From assembly GCA_012295275.1 (NCBI GenBank), contig CM022673.1, forward strand, positions 17,236,001 through 17,300,000: DNA of 64,000 nucleotides. The letters are read 5' to 3'. Shown here one piece after another: positions 41,976 to 56,226 of this stretch; position 1 is the stretch's first letter; each line of letters opens with the position of its first letter. Source of the DNA: Chrysomallon squamiferum. Lineage: Eukaryota; Animalia; Mollusca. Below the pieces are notes generated by a model that ran no database searches, was not told where the DNA came from, and saw only the letters and a list, made by a program, of their open reading frames with translations. Both the position numbers and the translations under genes were made by a program.

Positions 41976-42574
41976 AGTCTGACAGTCAGTCGGTCAGTCA
42001 GTCAGTCAGTCAGTCAGTGGGTATATTAGTCAGTCAGTCAGTCAGTCAGTCAGTCAGTCAGTCAGTCAGTCAGTCCGACAGTCAGTCAGTCAGTCAGTCA
42101 GTGGGTCTATTAGTCAGTCAGTCAGACAGTCAGTCAGTCAGTCAGTCAGTCAGTCAGTCAGTCAGTGGGTCAGTTAGTCAGTCAGTCAGTCAGTGGGTTA
42201 GTCAGTCAGTCAGTCAGTCAGTTAGACAGTCAATCAGTTGATATAGTTAGTCAACAAGTCAAATATTCAGTCAAGAATTTGTCGCGTTACTCACCGAATG
42301 CCAGTTTGTATCTATGAACAATGAATCTGCAGAAAGCTGTTGTTTTCACTGTTTGTTTGTCTCTGTGTTCAGCTCTCACCTCAACTCTAGTTTCACCTGC
42401 CTCGGTCCGATCAGCAGACGTCGTCACAAAACCTTCTCCTTTCCCAGTTTCAGTCGAAGACTTCTTTCCAGACTCAGAATTCGGTTTTACAGAGTGCGCA
42501 GTTTCTTCATCGTCTAAGAAATTTGGGTTGTGATAAACAGGAAGATTTATTCCTTTTTCTCCTTCAGAAGCCAT
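32146..42574 (-). CDS. Dispatched-family (Patched/RND, sterol-sensing domain) multi-pass transporter, about 1001 aa after correcting one frameshift; exons 42574-42295, 40330-38975, 37075-36851, 36202-36077, 35862-35722, 35617-35494, 34911-34784, 34109-34029, 33593-33423, 32520-32146
   Basis: TM4 motif IILGIGADDIFV, TMFMTTLTTMVAF, IRSFGLFSG, VYMVWG and TM10 motif LESINLSLIVGLSVDYVVH are typical of Dispatched. All ten exons have GT-AG junctions with matching phases. One extra base at 39626-39629 splits exon 2 between two ORF-track frames. Confidence 0.92.
34178..34390. repeat. Degenerate two-copy tandem repeat (about 110 bp period) in a dispatched intron
   Basis: atacgatcaaatcatactgtgtaaacgtgcctataca (from 34178) versus atacgatcaactcatactgtgtgaacacgcctataca (from 34289). 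Confidence 0.7.
37841..38965. repeat. 30-bp minisatellite, about 37 copies, built from 10-bp GTATT-led subunits
   Basis: Consensus gtattcgact-gtattgtatt-gtattat(g/a)ct. It produces the spurious 312-353 aa Cys/Tyr-rich ORFs in all three + frames. Confidence 0.97.
40580..41420 (+). mobile_element. Decayed non-LTR retrotransposon (RTE-X-like LINE), 3' part of the RT ORF, antisense within dispatched coding intron 1
   Basis: Piecewise translation gives LFDKTVKPIL*Y*CEI*G (from 40669), FVVYRE*RRYPL, VKVRIITFWGNLL, FKDEFKFEHYLLKLP, FCKFRTRNVK and ERED-RICHLYNSYSSDEFHYIFNC. These match, in order, the recalled motifs LFDxxVKPILLYGCEIWG, MVYGELGRYPL, FRxxNHxLPIETGR and RxCxxC...DEFH...C. Many stops and frameshifts. 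Confidence 0.85.
41891..42238. repeat. (TCAG)n tetranucleotide array
   Basis: Long agtcagtc run with few interruptions. Confidence 0.95.
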
Positions 42575-43213
42575 GTTTAGTGAAACACCGACTACTCATC
42601 TGTTATAAATATTAGTCTCTTCAATTTCTACCCGTTAACTGTATCTGAAACAATGAAGCATTTTTAATAAATCAATTTACGAAACGCTTTCATGGCTGCT
42701 GAAGTATTAAACAATGAATCAGTTGCCATTAGTAACGCTGATCAATGTTGTATAAAGCACGTCAGTTGTGCCAGAAGACAATTGACATTGTCGTACTCAG
42801 CGGCTGACATAAATTCAAAAATAAAAAATAAAAATAAAATAAAAAGCTACAATGATTCGATTATTACAAAACCGATCCGTTGCTCTTGTTTCATCGATTC
42901 TTTCGTGCTGTTACCTACAGTGACGTAAAACACACGGAAAACAGGTAAACGTTAATTAGATTCGTGATGTCCACAGAAACATTGCTGTCCATTCAGGCAA
43001 TATTGATTTAGAAGAAATGGGTTTTTCTGATCTCTCATAATGCTATCACCACTTCTCCCTGTGCGTTTTCTTCACGTAAATCAGAAAGTCACCGACTTCT
43101 CCATCGTTGAGCAGATAATGAATGTGTGGCTGATGTTTGTTGGAAGGTGGGGGTGATGTTGATCCGTACGTCATTTCATCATCTTTTAGAGTATGTGTAT
43201 ATACAAAGACACA

Positions 43214-43285
<72 letters not shown>

Positions 43286-43562
43286 GACAGATATACATAT
43301 ATATATCTATACATACACATACATTCACACAGATCACTTAGTTCTTATTAATGTTTAAGTACCTCTTCAGGTTCGTTCCTTATCAGACAACAACAACAAA
43401 ATAATAGTTTATGTAACAATGCAGTTTCAGATTACTTGCATCACTAACACAGTACTTTGAATCGATAAAGCTATAAACTTCTTTTTTTGGTCCATTCAAT
43501 TCGATAATTATATTTTTTTGATTCGTTCAGAATTTGATAAAAATTAATTTTTAAGAATGTGT

Positions 43563-43938
43563 GACAGAGAGACAGATATAGAAAGACAGACAGATAGACA
43601 GACAGACAGACGGATAGATAGATAGATAGACAGACAGATAAATAGATAGACAGACAGACAAACAAATAGATAGAGACAGACATACATACAGACAGATAGA
43701 TAGATAAATAGATAGATAGAGACAGTGACAGAGGCAGAGAGAAAGACACATAGATAGATAGACTGGGAGAGACAGAAAGAGACAGAGAGAAAGACAGACA
43801 AATAGATAGATAGATAGACAGACAGACAGTTTGATAGATAAACAGAGAGAGACAGAGAGTGAGAAAGAGAGATAAATAGATAGACAGTGAGAGACAGAGA
43901 GAGAGGCACTGAGAAAGACAGACAATAAAGATAGATAA
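43563..43938. repeat. Degenerate (GATA/GACA/GA)n array
   Basis: Read directly from the sequence. Confidence 0.9.
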
Positions 43939-44023
43939 ATTTGCTGAATCTTTATTAGATGGTTATTACTTTATTGTTATTAAAGGTTGATGTCTACTCT
44001 CAGAATGAGCCGGGTTTCCACTG

Positions 44024-44190
<167 letters not shown>

Positions 44191-44333
44191 GTAGAAAAAG
44201 AATAAGGAGATGAAATAATAATAAAACAATAAAGACGATAATTTGAAAAACAAAAAAAATAATAATTAAAAAATAATAATAAAATATAAAATAAAATAAA
44301 ATAAAATAAAATAAATAAATAAATAAAAAAAAA

Positions 44334-44377
<44 letters not shown>

Positions 44378-44798
44378 CTGGCAATAAATTCTGTTTGCCT
44401 GTGAGATTTATTTTTTAATTCATTTTTTTTTTTATAACATCATCGATCGATTATACTCTCGAATTTTATTTAATATTAATAAAGTAAATTACCTCACAAA
44501 ATGTCATCATGTCCTTGCAGACGTGAATGCATACTGATTTGAACAAATCGATCAGGCGAAAGTGATTGTTTGTCAATACATTGATTTAAAAGGAAACAGG
44601 TTTCAGGCTAATATATATCAGTTCTAGCTGTTTGAAAGGAAGTATGGCAATTTGATAGAAATCAAATAATAATCAGTCAAAAATTAACAGCAATGGATGG
44701 TTGAGATAAATTGTAGAGAGGGGATTAAATTATTATTTGTAAAAGGTTTACGTCTGTCTGAGCCAGTGTATGTGTGCATACATACATACATACATACA

Positions 44799-44836
<38 letters not shown>

Positions 44837-44912
44837 CATACAAACATACACACGCACACACACACATATTCATATACACAGAGATATATACATATAGACA
44901 CATACACACACA

Positions 44913-44954
<42 letters not shown>

Positions 44955-46484
44955 ATAACCATCAGATGTAAAACAAGTTATTCATGCATATAAATGTTTT
45001 CTGAGTAAGTAAATTACTACTCTAGGAGCAGTCAGTCGTAGAATGAACCGTTGTTGACATCTCCAGTGAGCTCATTTGCGTTCTAAATCAGAAGCCTTTG
45101 ATTATTATAAACCATGTTCATTTTCTCTACATAAAGACACGCCCACGTCGAACTTCAGCATTAAAATCATTTGAATTCCTGTTAAACCATTATTCTTTCA
45201 TTCGTTCTTTCATTCATTCATTTCTTCATTCATTTCTTCATTAGTTCTTTCATTTATCAATTCATTCGTTCGTTCACTCTTTCATTTATTCATTCATTTA
45301 TTCATTTGTTATTTCATTTATCAATTCATTCGTTCATTTATCCATTTATTCTTTCATTCAATCCTCTATCGTCTGTTAGTTATTTATAACCTAGATTCAA
45401 AGGGGTGTGTACGGGGGGATTAGCAGGGTATTTACACTTAAAAACTTTATAGTTTTATACGACTGTCAAAAGTGGCGCTAACAAAAATAAAACTTGGGTA
45501 GGCAATTAAATAAGAGCACTTGACAGCTTCTGACTGAACACTTAGCCTGTGTTGAGTAATGACATCGCCACGTACTTCGTTTTTCACAGTTTTATGACAC
45601 TTTGTAGACTCCACCCAGTAAAACAGTTTAAACCGCGAGCAAGGCACCAACACGATTTTATAGCCAAACACTTAGAACATTGACAGTAATTTACGTACCA
45701 GTTCCTGGCTACAGTGGAAGCGGACTGTATGCAGTTAGTAGCTACAGTGTTGTTATTTGTACAATCTGCTTCGGTTACTGTGAGCTTGTGGGCCATGCAG
45801 TAGTAGTAGTAGTAGTTGTAGTAGTTGTAGTAGTAGTAGCTGTAGTAGTAGTGGTAGTAATGTTTTACATCAGTATTATATTTAAGGATTTCAAGAAAGT
45901 TCACGTTAGTCTTATGACAGCAGACAAAGAAATAAAAAAGAAGAAAAAAAAATTCCCGAGATAAGGGAAATAACTCGCGAAACCTTGCACACATCTTAAA
46001 GCACACAAATTGAAAAGGTTATTTATTTTGCTTGTTCGTTTGTTTGTTTATTTATTTGTTTGATTATTATTTATTTGTTTATCAGTTCACTTTTTTTTTT
46101 TTAATTACTAGAACTCACATACACATCCACAAACACAAAAACACATGTATATGTTTGTATGTGCGTGTTATGTTATCTTATATTGTGAATACTGGTACTC
46201 CCAAATCTCTGCGCGCGCACACACACAAATATATATATATATATATATAAAACACGATTGTACTTTGATATTAAACAATTTATCATCCGCTCTTACATCT
46301 TCTTTCACTATTATATGGATTCTGTGTAGTTGATGTAATACAAATACTAAAAGCTTCCAAAATCAATGTTTTCATGAGAAGAAGAAAATAATAAATTAGA
46401 TTTCGTGTTAGAATGATGGTGACAATGAGGGAAGAAAAAAAGAAAACGAGAAGAAACTGAATAACGCGAAAGATATAGGCCAAC

Positions 46485-46571
<87 letters not shown>

Positions 46572-47390
46572 CTGAAAATAAACGAAACTAAATATAATAA
46601 TAAAAATTAATTTCCTCCCATTTCTCACAGAAATGACTATAAAGATATTTCATGATTAAAATAATGACAAACTTTGTTTGACTTGTTTCCTTTCCGCCCT
46701 GTCCCATATTTATTACTGTCTCGCAAATTTAATTTTACCGTTTTAATCGTATTAAAGACCACTTTAATCCTATGTTTTTGAATCATGTTTAAATATTTTT
46801 TAGGTACACATGTACTGAGTCCTAAATTACTAAACTTTATTATTAGAAAATTCCGAGAATGAGAATTTTTTTTAACTAAACACATTCTGAGAACTATTAT
46901 GTGCTATTATCTGGTTTTCTCCCTCTCACGCGCTTGCTTGCTGCCATTGAACTTTTAAGAAATATTTTCAAAGCCAAGAGAAGACAAATAAAGATTTTTC
47001 CTGTAGGCTGGTCACGGAGCTACTTGTTAGACAGGTTACGTGCCTGTTGTATAGAGAACTGAGTCTATTAAACAATGATTGTGTTCAGGAAAAGATCTCT
47101 GAAACTCAGTAATAAAATTAATAAATAGCAAATTGTGTTGGTTGACATAAGATGTTAATAAAATTAAATTGAATTAAAAATTAAATAAATTATGAGAAAG
47201 AAAGCGTTGATAAGCGAATGCCGTTTCCTCTCTATTCTATTATTATTATTATTTTTCATCTAGTTTCATTTCTTTCTTCCCTTTGTTTTGTTGACACCTT
47301 TCCTCTATTTCATTATTTCTATTCATTTTTTTCTTTATTATTTTTATCTGACAGATAGATAGATAGATAGATAGAGAGAGAGATTGAGCG

Positions 47391-47469
<79 letters not shown>

Positions 47470-49229
47470 AAGAGAGAGAGATAGAGATAGAGAGAGAATG
47501 AAAAAAGAGAGGAAGGAAGAGGAACACAGATAACATCATACATACATTTTGCACATTATATGCGATTTGACAAGGTTACGTAAGAAAAGTGAATGATATC
47601 AGCAGTCTGAACTCCAACGCACGATCGCACACACAACAGCTTACTTCCTTTAATCAGAGACCATTTTCAACGCAAGATGTAATAATATAAACAGCCTGCC
47701 ACGCCAAACCAAGAACAACGAAATTAATAAGAACAAGAACAGAAAAAGCTGCATTAGCAGTAGCAGCAGCAGCAATAAAAACAACAAAAACAACATAATA
47801 ATAATAATAATGATAATAATAATAAAACTCGGTTGGTTATGGTACTGTTGTAAATAAAATACAGTTTGAGAAACTCGACTGAAGTTAATTATTTGATTGT
47901 TTAGAAAGAAACTAAAGTAATTGTTTATTCAGCCAACGTTTGTCTTCTTGGCAACTTAGAAAAATACTGATATGTTGCAATTATCCGTAAAAAGAAGAAA
48001 AAAAAATTAACAAAAACAAAACTAAAAAAAAACAAAAAAACTTATATAACACTAACAAACAAAAACTAAAAAAAAAAAAAAAAAAACATCACATGTAGAA
48101 AAACACACTTATATAACAGAAACTAATTTAAACTGAAAGTTTAACTTGAACAGGAAAAAGTTGTTACTTTAAATGTTGAAACTTTAACGTCCAGCAACAC
48201 AGATAAACAGATACGCACTACAGAGCTGTTGGAACACATGTAGAATCACAGAGACTGTATTCTGTTTTCTTTCTGAAAGTTCTCCTTTCAAACCGTGTCT
48301 TCGCAACTGGTTTATGTAAAATGACGGTTTTGTTTTCCTGGTTCTGGTTGAATAAACGGAAATGTTAATCTAAGTTATGTTCAATAAAGGTAAACACAAA
48401 CTCTAATGTTGTTGTTTATTTATAAGAAAATATCTAAAAAATGTTGAGATAAATTCTGTGAAATAAAAACTAACAAACAAACAATAATAACAACAACAAA
48501 AATAAACCAAATTGCAGCAACAACAACAACAAATAAGCAAACAAACAACAATGCAAGAAAAAAAAAAAAGAAGAAGAGAAAAACCAACCTAAACAAAAAA
48601 AAACACCAAAGAGAAATACAAAATATCCAGTCAGTGTATTTTAAACTTTATAGTGGACAATGAAAATGTTCTAAGTCCTGTTCCAGTGTAAAACTTCTAC
48701 GCTTTCCCTCCATGTCCATTCATTTCATCTCTAAACACTTTCTTCCTGTTTACTCCACTGATTTCCCCTAATCGAGGTGAAGAATCAATAATCAGTGTAA
48801 GTTCAGCCATGTCCAGTGCGCGATGAATAACAACACCTGTGTTAGTTCTTTGTACAATGTCCGGATTCAGCTGAACATGATTTTCCAGATCTTATCACAA
48901 ACAGAAAATGTATTTTAATTTTATCATTACGTCATTATTTCTCAGGGTTAGAAAATCAAAGAACTGAAAACATGGAAGTCTGGAGCATGTCATGACAGTA
49001 GGTAATCTGAATATATTAAGTATGAGTCGATTCTTAAATAATACATTAAATTTAATCACAAGATAATTGGCTGATAAAATAGCTTTTAAAACCTTTCTCC
49101 ACTGACAAATGTTGACTGCTTGTTTCGTTTGTTTCTTTCACGATATTCTCGGTGGCAAAATACCTCTCAAATCAATCCTTATCAACATATCTATCAGACT
49201 ATTTCCCGTTCCAGCTAGTGCCTCAACAA

Positions 49230-49990
49230 CGTATAGGGGGTCCTCGACATGCGCCATTTCGACTTTACGGCGCTAATCCCGTAAATAATTTAAAAATAAA
49301 TTTTGACTTGAAGCAGAGTGACGTAAAATTCAAAGGTCGCGGACGAACTTGTTTGTGAGCGCGGAGGAAGACTACGCCGTTATGCAGCGTTTGTCTGAGA
49401 AAAGTGGCGTCCCAGCATACGCGTGCTTTGTTTACATCCGCTCTCTCATTTTTATGTTTGTTTTTATTATTTTTTTATTACATTTTCGTCATTTTTTGGT
49501 ATTGTAACTATATTCTCCCTTTCATTTTCCTATGACATACTTCTAGTTCTAGACACGTATGACTTTAGGGTTTTAGGTTACGTAAGTCACTTAGGCTGTG
49601 GTAATTCCAGCTTGCATCGAAAATCACCTTACGTCAGATCGTAGAACGCATCTCCGACGTAACTCGAGGACAACCTGTTTATTTAAACGATTAGTTTTTG
49701 TTAATTCTTGAGGTGTTTTTTTTCTGTTGTCTTTATTAAATAACCTAATAAATTAAAATTTAAAATCTGCATACTTACAAGTCTTATTTTATTTCGTTTC
49801 AGGAATAAATAATGAAAATAGAATACAGCTTTAAAATTGTTCAGCGCCGCCATTGTTTTGTACAGTTGTGACGTCATTGCGTGCAGGGCGAACCCAGTTG
49901 GCCATCAAAATCTGCTTCTTACTGTAACGAAATGTGAGGGTGTGGACAAGCATGCACGCACACACGCACGTACACGTAGGACGAACAGTT
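49230..49990. promoter_or_regulatory. CpG-rich candidate (bidirectional) promoter between the divergent dispatched-like gene and the gene at 53041
   Basis: Locally high CpG density; YY1-like GCCGCCATT at 49846-49854; perfect CRE TGACGTCA at 49869-49876; minus-strand donor GTAAGT at 49778-49773. Confidence 0.45.
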
Positions 49991-50606
49991 TATTTCACTG
50001 AATTTCTTAATGGGAAGTGTTTGAACGAATTTTAATTCGGACGAAATTTAATATAATAATAATAATATGCTGTAGTGAGCACAGAGTAAAATACAAACAC
50101 ATCTGAACTGTAAGTTTAGTTTGTTTGATACAGTCTATCATAAAACAGTTATCGTGTCCAAACCCAACTGACCAATTGTCTTTGAAGCATCGTCAGATGG
50201 ACAGAACCGTATGAAAACGTCTGTAGCCTTAAAGTATGAAGTAATTTTTTTTTATTTCATATTACTATTATTTATTTTTAGGATGACCATTCAGTTGAGG
50301 TCCATTTCAAAAATTTACAGTATAAAATAAATAAAGTTTAGTACAAATATAACGATTCTATGTTTATTTTACACTTGTAACAGCTGAGTAGAAATCGTAA
50401 CTTATAGTAGTATAAAGGACTCTGTTAGTTTATCAACTGATTTTTTTTTTTTTAGTGTGTTCGTTTTGAACCAACATGTTATCGTCAACAGAACGGTATT
50501 GTTTTCTTCACTTAATTAACTTGCAGAACCTTCAGCCCGCTGGAGATATTAACAGTAATGGCTGTACGGTTAATAAATTTGGAAGCCTCGGATGAAAGCG
50601 AATTAG

Positions 50607-50619
50607 AGGTCAAAGGTCA
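50607..50619 (+). promoter_or_regulatory. Perfect DR1 nuclear-receptor element AGGTCA-A-AGGTCA
   Basis: Exact consensus match in the sequence; function is untested. Confidence 0.5.
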
Positions 50620-51084
50620 GATCAGATCCGTAATTGATTTGTTTACCGTTTCTTCTCTGCTCGAGGGCATTTGAAAGAAATTTCTAATAATGATACGCCA
50701 CTTCGTGAGAAGTAAATGAAAATGTCTGAAGATTTTTGTTATTTTTAAAATCAAAGCTCTTCGGTCAGCGTCTGGTACTTGTGTACTCAGCGAGTTCTCA
50801 GCCAGTCTTTTGGACAAAAGCTTTGTTAAATTCTGACGTCATCAGAACAGATGCATGGAGACTGCACTTCGTTGGATTAGTATTATCATTAAGAATGTTT
50901 TAAAAGCTTGCTTTAATTAGAATAAGTTTAAAGGATTTAACGTAAATAAATAAATAAAAGGAGAGAGAATCGAGTCTAACTAGACAATGTTTAAAGAACA
51001 ACCCCTGCAAAAATTGATAAAAAGATGATATGGAAATTTTTTATTTCATCAAGATTTTTGAAGCAAGAATACAGAGAGAGAGAA

Positions 51085-51163
<79 letters not shown>

Positions 51164-53040
51164 CTGAGAATTAGTGAGACAGAAACAGAATAAGGAAATG
51201 AGAAATGGAGGTAATAATAATAATAATAATAATAACAAATATAGAATAATCTAAATTAAATAAAAAATATAATAACATTTCTAATTAAACACTAAGAGAT
51301 AGAATAGGTAATATTCCTTACAGAAACCAGGATGAGTCAATGTTTCAGACGACATAAAATCTTTACGAGCAATCAGCTGTAGCTCGATTCCATATTCAGT
51401 AAATAATATGTAACATTAACTTCATGAATAATTGACCAGTATCGCACAATCTAACCTTTATGTGGTTAATATTTTTTTTATTGTTCTGTAATACGTGCTG
51501 TGTTCCTTGCACTGACTTGGAGTCTAGAATACGATGAAATTGTAATCATTTCGTTAAAAGCTTTGTTTGTTTTCATCTAATCAAGGAGATGAGTTTACCA
51601 GGGAACTCTCGGACTCGCAGAGTTTCACATTCTGTTACTTGTGCTAAATTAAGCCTCTTAGATAACAAAGCCTCGCTCTAAGTCCTCACTGATTTGGCGA
51701 AAACAATTACAGTTCAGAAAGTTACAGAGTTCACGCCCTGATAATTCAATACTCGAGAGTCTGACTAGTTTACTCGTTAAAGATGATAAACAGGAAAAGA
51801 AATTACTTAGATTCAGCACTACTCGTGTAATCCTACACAAAATTCAGACAGACACACCCACATACATAAATAGAGAGATGGATACACATTACACATTAAT
51901 AAAAAACACACAGTGTATGTAAAAGTGATGGGTCGAGTTACGACATTTCATGATCAAACTGCAAGTAATACTACGTGTAATACTAAAATTATCAGTTTTC
52001 TCAAAATAAAAAACATCTTTATCATCTTGTATCTTTCGCTGACCTTTTACATCTATCTTTCTGACTGCTTGACTGTCTGCCTCTATTTATATCTTTAATT
52101 CCTCTTCTTTGTTTTCTCTCTCTTTTTTTTTTAAATTTCTATTTGAAACGCAAGAAAGAGGAACAAGTAATTTAAAACAGCGTCTACTATTTTCTTTTAT
52201 AAAATCGATTTATAATTTGTGTGCAATTTATTTTGAAACTTGTTTTCTCATTTTACCAGCTAATGTCCAATCAGGGGTTGTTTAAGTATGTTTCGTGAAA
52301 AACTGACTCATAGGAAATTTACTTTATTTCATTACAGTGCTGCCCAGTGTACACAAAAGTTATTATAATTACTTGATTCACTCTGATATTTGACTAAGAA
52401 AAGCAATATAACAATACTGTCTATTAATTGGACTGTAAGTCGTACATAACACCTGTGACGGTTTATTTTACAGCATCGACAGCGAAACGGTAATTAAATG
52501 AAGTCTGTCGCGATTAAACCTAGTAATAAGTACAAAGCCTATTCTAGCCAACGAACGAAACGAAGAAACAATTATACAAGCCCAGAAAGTCTTTCCATCG
52601 GTCTTTGTTTATCGAGACTTGGAGCGTGTTCGGCATTCTATGAACTCAAGTGAACTACGATAACAGGTAAAACCAGCGAAGGAAAAACTGTTACATCCTG
52701 TTAGAACTTTTATTAATGATTAATACTCGAGGAACTAAAACATTTAAAAAAAATTAATCTTGTTTTCGAGGTGCTTTTCTCGTGAATCTGATCGAAGATC
52801 TGTATTTATTTATAGAGAGAGAGAGAGAAAAAAAAAAAGAAAAAAAGAGAAGAAAAGAAAAGATCCTAATAATAATAAACTCATAATAAAAAAAAAAAAA
52901 AAAAAAAAATTAAAATTAAAAAATTAAAAATTAAAAGACAAAAAGAACAGGAAGAAGAAAATAACACCTACTAACAATAACAAAAATATAACAAGTGTTT
53001 GAAACAGTGGAAGAGGAATAATAACTGAGTTTCTCTGAAA

Positions 53041-53268
53041 ATGGAACGAGAGATATCAGAGGAAGACAGAGCATGCTCTGTTCCCTTCTCGTTTTCTGTG
53101 GACTCTTTGTACATGGCTGCCATGCCATCGCCCCAGCAGAAGTTCGATATCTACTTCCGTTGTATCTGTAACCGTGCATTCCTTATGTCGTTCACGATCG
53201 TCATAGGAATCGTGTTTTTGTGGATTTTACCCCTTGTGGGAAGTCTCGACGACAAAGAACAAAGTCCG
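53041..53268 (+). CDS. First coding exon of an unidentified secreted or membrane protein; the rest is probably beyond the window
   Basis: In-frame TGA at 53026-53028, aaaATGg start, 76 codons MEREISEED...RAFLMSFTIVIGIVFLWILPLVGSLDDKEQSP, then a consensus donor cg|GTAAGT (phase 0). Composition is coding-like compared with the flanks and includes a hydrophobic segment. Confidence 0.65.
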
Positions 53269-54360
53269 GTAAGTATACTGATTATGTTTAGATATGATGA
53301 GTACATTTCTGTCTTTTCCATCCTTTTCATCCCATACAGACCTCGTCAGTTATATAATTATAAAATTAAACAAAATAAAAGAACTAGAAAAATGAAAACG
53401 AAAAGCATAAAACACACATGTATGTTCACATATACATACATACATACATACAAACATACATAGATTCATACAGCATTTGAAACAAAAACTACTTGGGCTT
53501 TTGGAGCTAAGTTATCGGTAAATCAAATCAAAACAAATGAAATAAATAAATAAATAAATAAATATTTAAAAAACAAATCTTTATAAAAAATATTAATAAA
53601 AAGGTAAATGCAAGAAAAAAAAAAAGAAAAAGAAAGTTATAAAACAATAAATAATTAAAAATTACAACTACAACTACCGTTACTACTACTACTAATAAAT
53701 CAAACAGAATAAAATAACTTGAAAACGAAATGCATGAAACAGGAACATGTAAGTTCAAATACATAATACATCCATACATCAATGCACGTACATGCATAGA
53801 TTATACATACGTACATACATACATATATACACATATACGTACATAAATACATACAAACATACATACTTATGAAATAAAATACACTTAAATTTATACTCAT
53901 AACTGCATACACTAAAGCACACACTTCATACACATTGATATTAAACAGTTATTTCACTGATAATGCTGAATAAACACAACACCTCGACGTTTGGACCATT
54001 TTTTTTTCAGATAGGATAAAATATTAGGAAAGTCTAAGGTTTCCAGCCTCTGATTACTGTTACGTAACGCCATACTTCATTTTTGTTTCGGCGCATATCT
54101 GACACATCTGTAAGCCATACATTTTGAAAAGTGAAGTTAAGTGTGGTCAGAATTGGATTTGGACGTGGCAAAAGCATGTGTTATAGCTATAACTTTAAAA
54201 CTGTATCCAGAGGTTTAGAAATTATAGCAGTTCTGTTGAATTGAAAAATGTCTGTTGTAATGAGAAACAACATTTGCTTGATAACATCAGACGTCTCAGT
54301 GTTAATGGTTGTTTGGTGTCAAATGTTTGACGTTTATGTCACGCAGATATTCCACGATAC

Positions 54361-54550
<190 letters not shown>

Positions 54551-54948
54551 CACAACATAGACATATACACACAAACACTTACAATGATACATACATATAT
54601 AGGTACATACCAAAAAATACATATAGATATGCATACAACGGAAAACAACTACCAAACCCTTTAAGGCACGAATTGTTTGGAAAAGGAAATTTCTTAAGAA
54701 CACGCCATTAAACATTAATGTTGAGAATCAGGAACTGTCATTGAGTCTCCTAACTTACTAGTAAGAGCAAACTGGCTTTTCATATTATTTTCCTTATTAA
54801 CAGAATTCTGCTGTTTATCTATCAGTCAGAGATAAATTAGTTAAAAATAAACTCAGATTTTTTAAATATATTTTTTTATCTCATGTGTAGAAAGTTGTTT
54901 GTAAAACATTTCATATTTATTAAAAATAAAAGGAGGGAGAGATTCGAA

Positions 54949-54983
<35 letters not shown>

Positions 54984-55073
54984 ACAAAAAAAATAAAATT
55001 TTAAAAGTATGTAGTTAAATAGATAAGTAAATCAATAAAAATAAAAAAGAAGGTATACAACAACAACAACAAT

Positions 55074-55115
<42 letters not shown>

Positions 55116-55536
55116 AACAATAGTAATAATAATTATAATAATAAAGAGAAGAAGAAGCAATTACACCACATTATCGTTAATAACTTTAGACTATCACACA
55201 ATGTATCTGTACAGATAAACAATTCAGACACACGCACAGACACATGCATATATAAAACAAATGGAAAAAGATAATTGGTATTTTGTGATAAAAATCATAA
55301 AAAGGAAATTATTATAAACCTTCGTCTGTCATATTAATGAAAATTACAGTAATTTAGAAATCACATAAGTAGCCGATTTCCCGAAAAAACATTGTTGAAA
55401 GCCGGTGATCGAAAGAAAAGATAATTAAACGAAATGAAACAACAGTAAATGCAGATTTAATGAAATGTTCATAACTGAAAATCTCAAAAATTTTCAACAT
55501 TTTCTAATATTAATGATTATGAAAATAAACTAATAC

Positions 55537-55807
<271 letters not shown>

Positions 55808-55915
55808 TAATAAAGAAATAATGAATTAGAGAGGAGAAGTAAACAAAACAAAGGGAATAAAGAAATGAATAAAAAGAACTAAAGAAATATATTAACAACA
55901 AAATAATAATAATAA

Positions 55916-55950
<35 letters not shown>

Positions 55951-56173
55951 ATATACAAAAACCCCTTAAAAAGAACCCAAACAAACAATAAACTATTAAT
56001 AGATAGAACTACAACAATAACAATAACTACTGCTACTACTATTACTTCTACAACTACTATTATTACTACTACTACTATTACTGCTCTTATACTACTACTA
56101 CAACTACTACTATTACTACTACTACTACTATTACTACTACTACTTATACTACTACTATTACTACTACAATTAT

Positions 56174-56226
<53 letters not shown>

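Noticed and set aside
50527-50674. About 48 open codons after a ttgcAG acceptor (TFSPLEILTVMAVRLINLEAS...)
   Set aside because: No recognisable homology or partner exon; this length can occur by chance.
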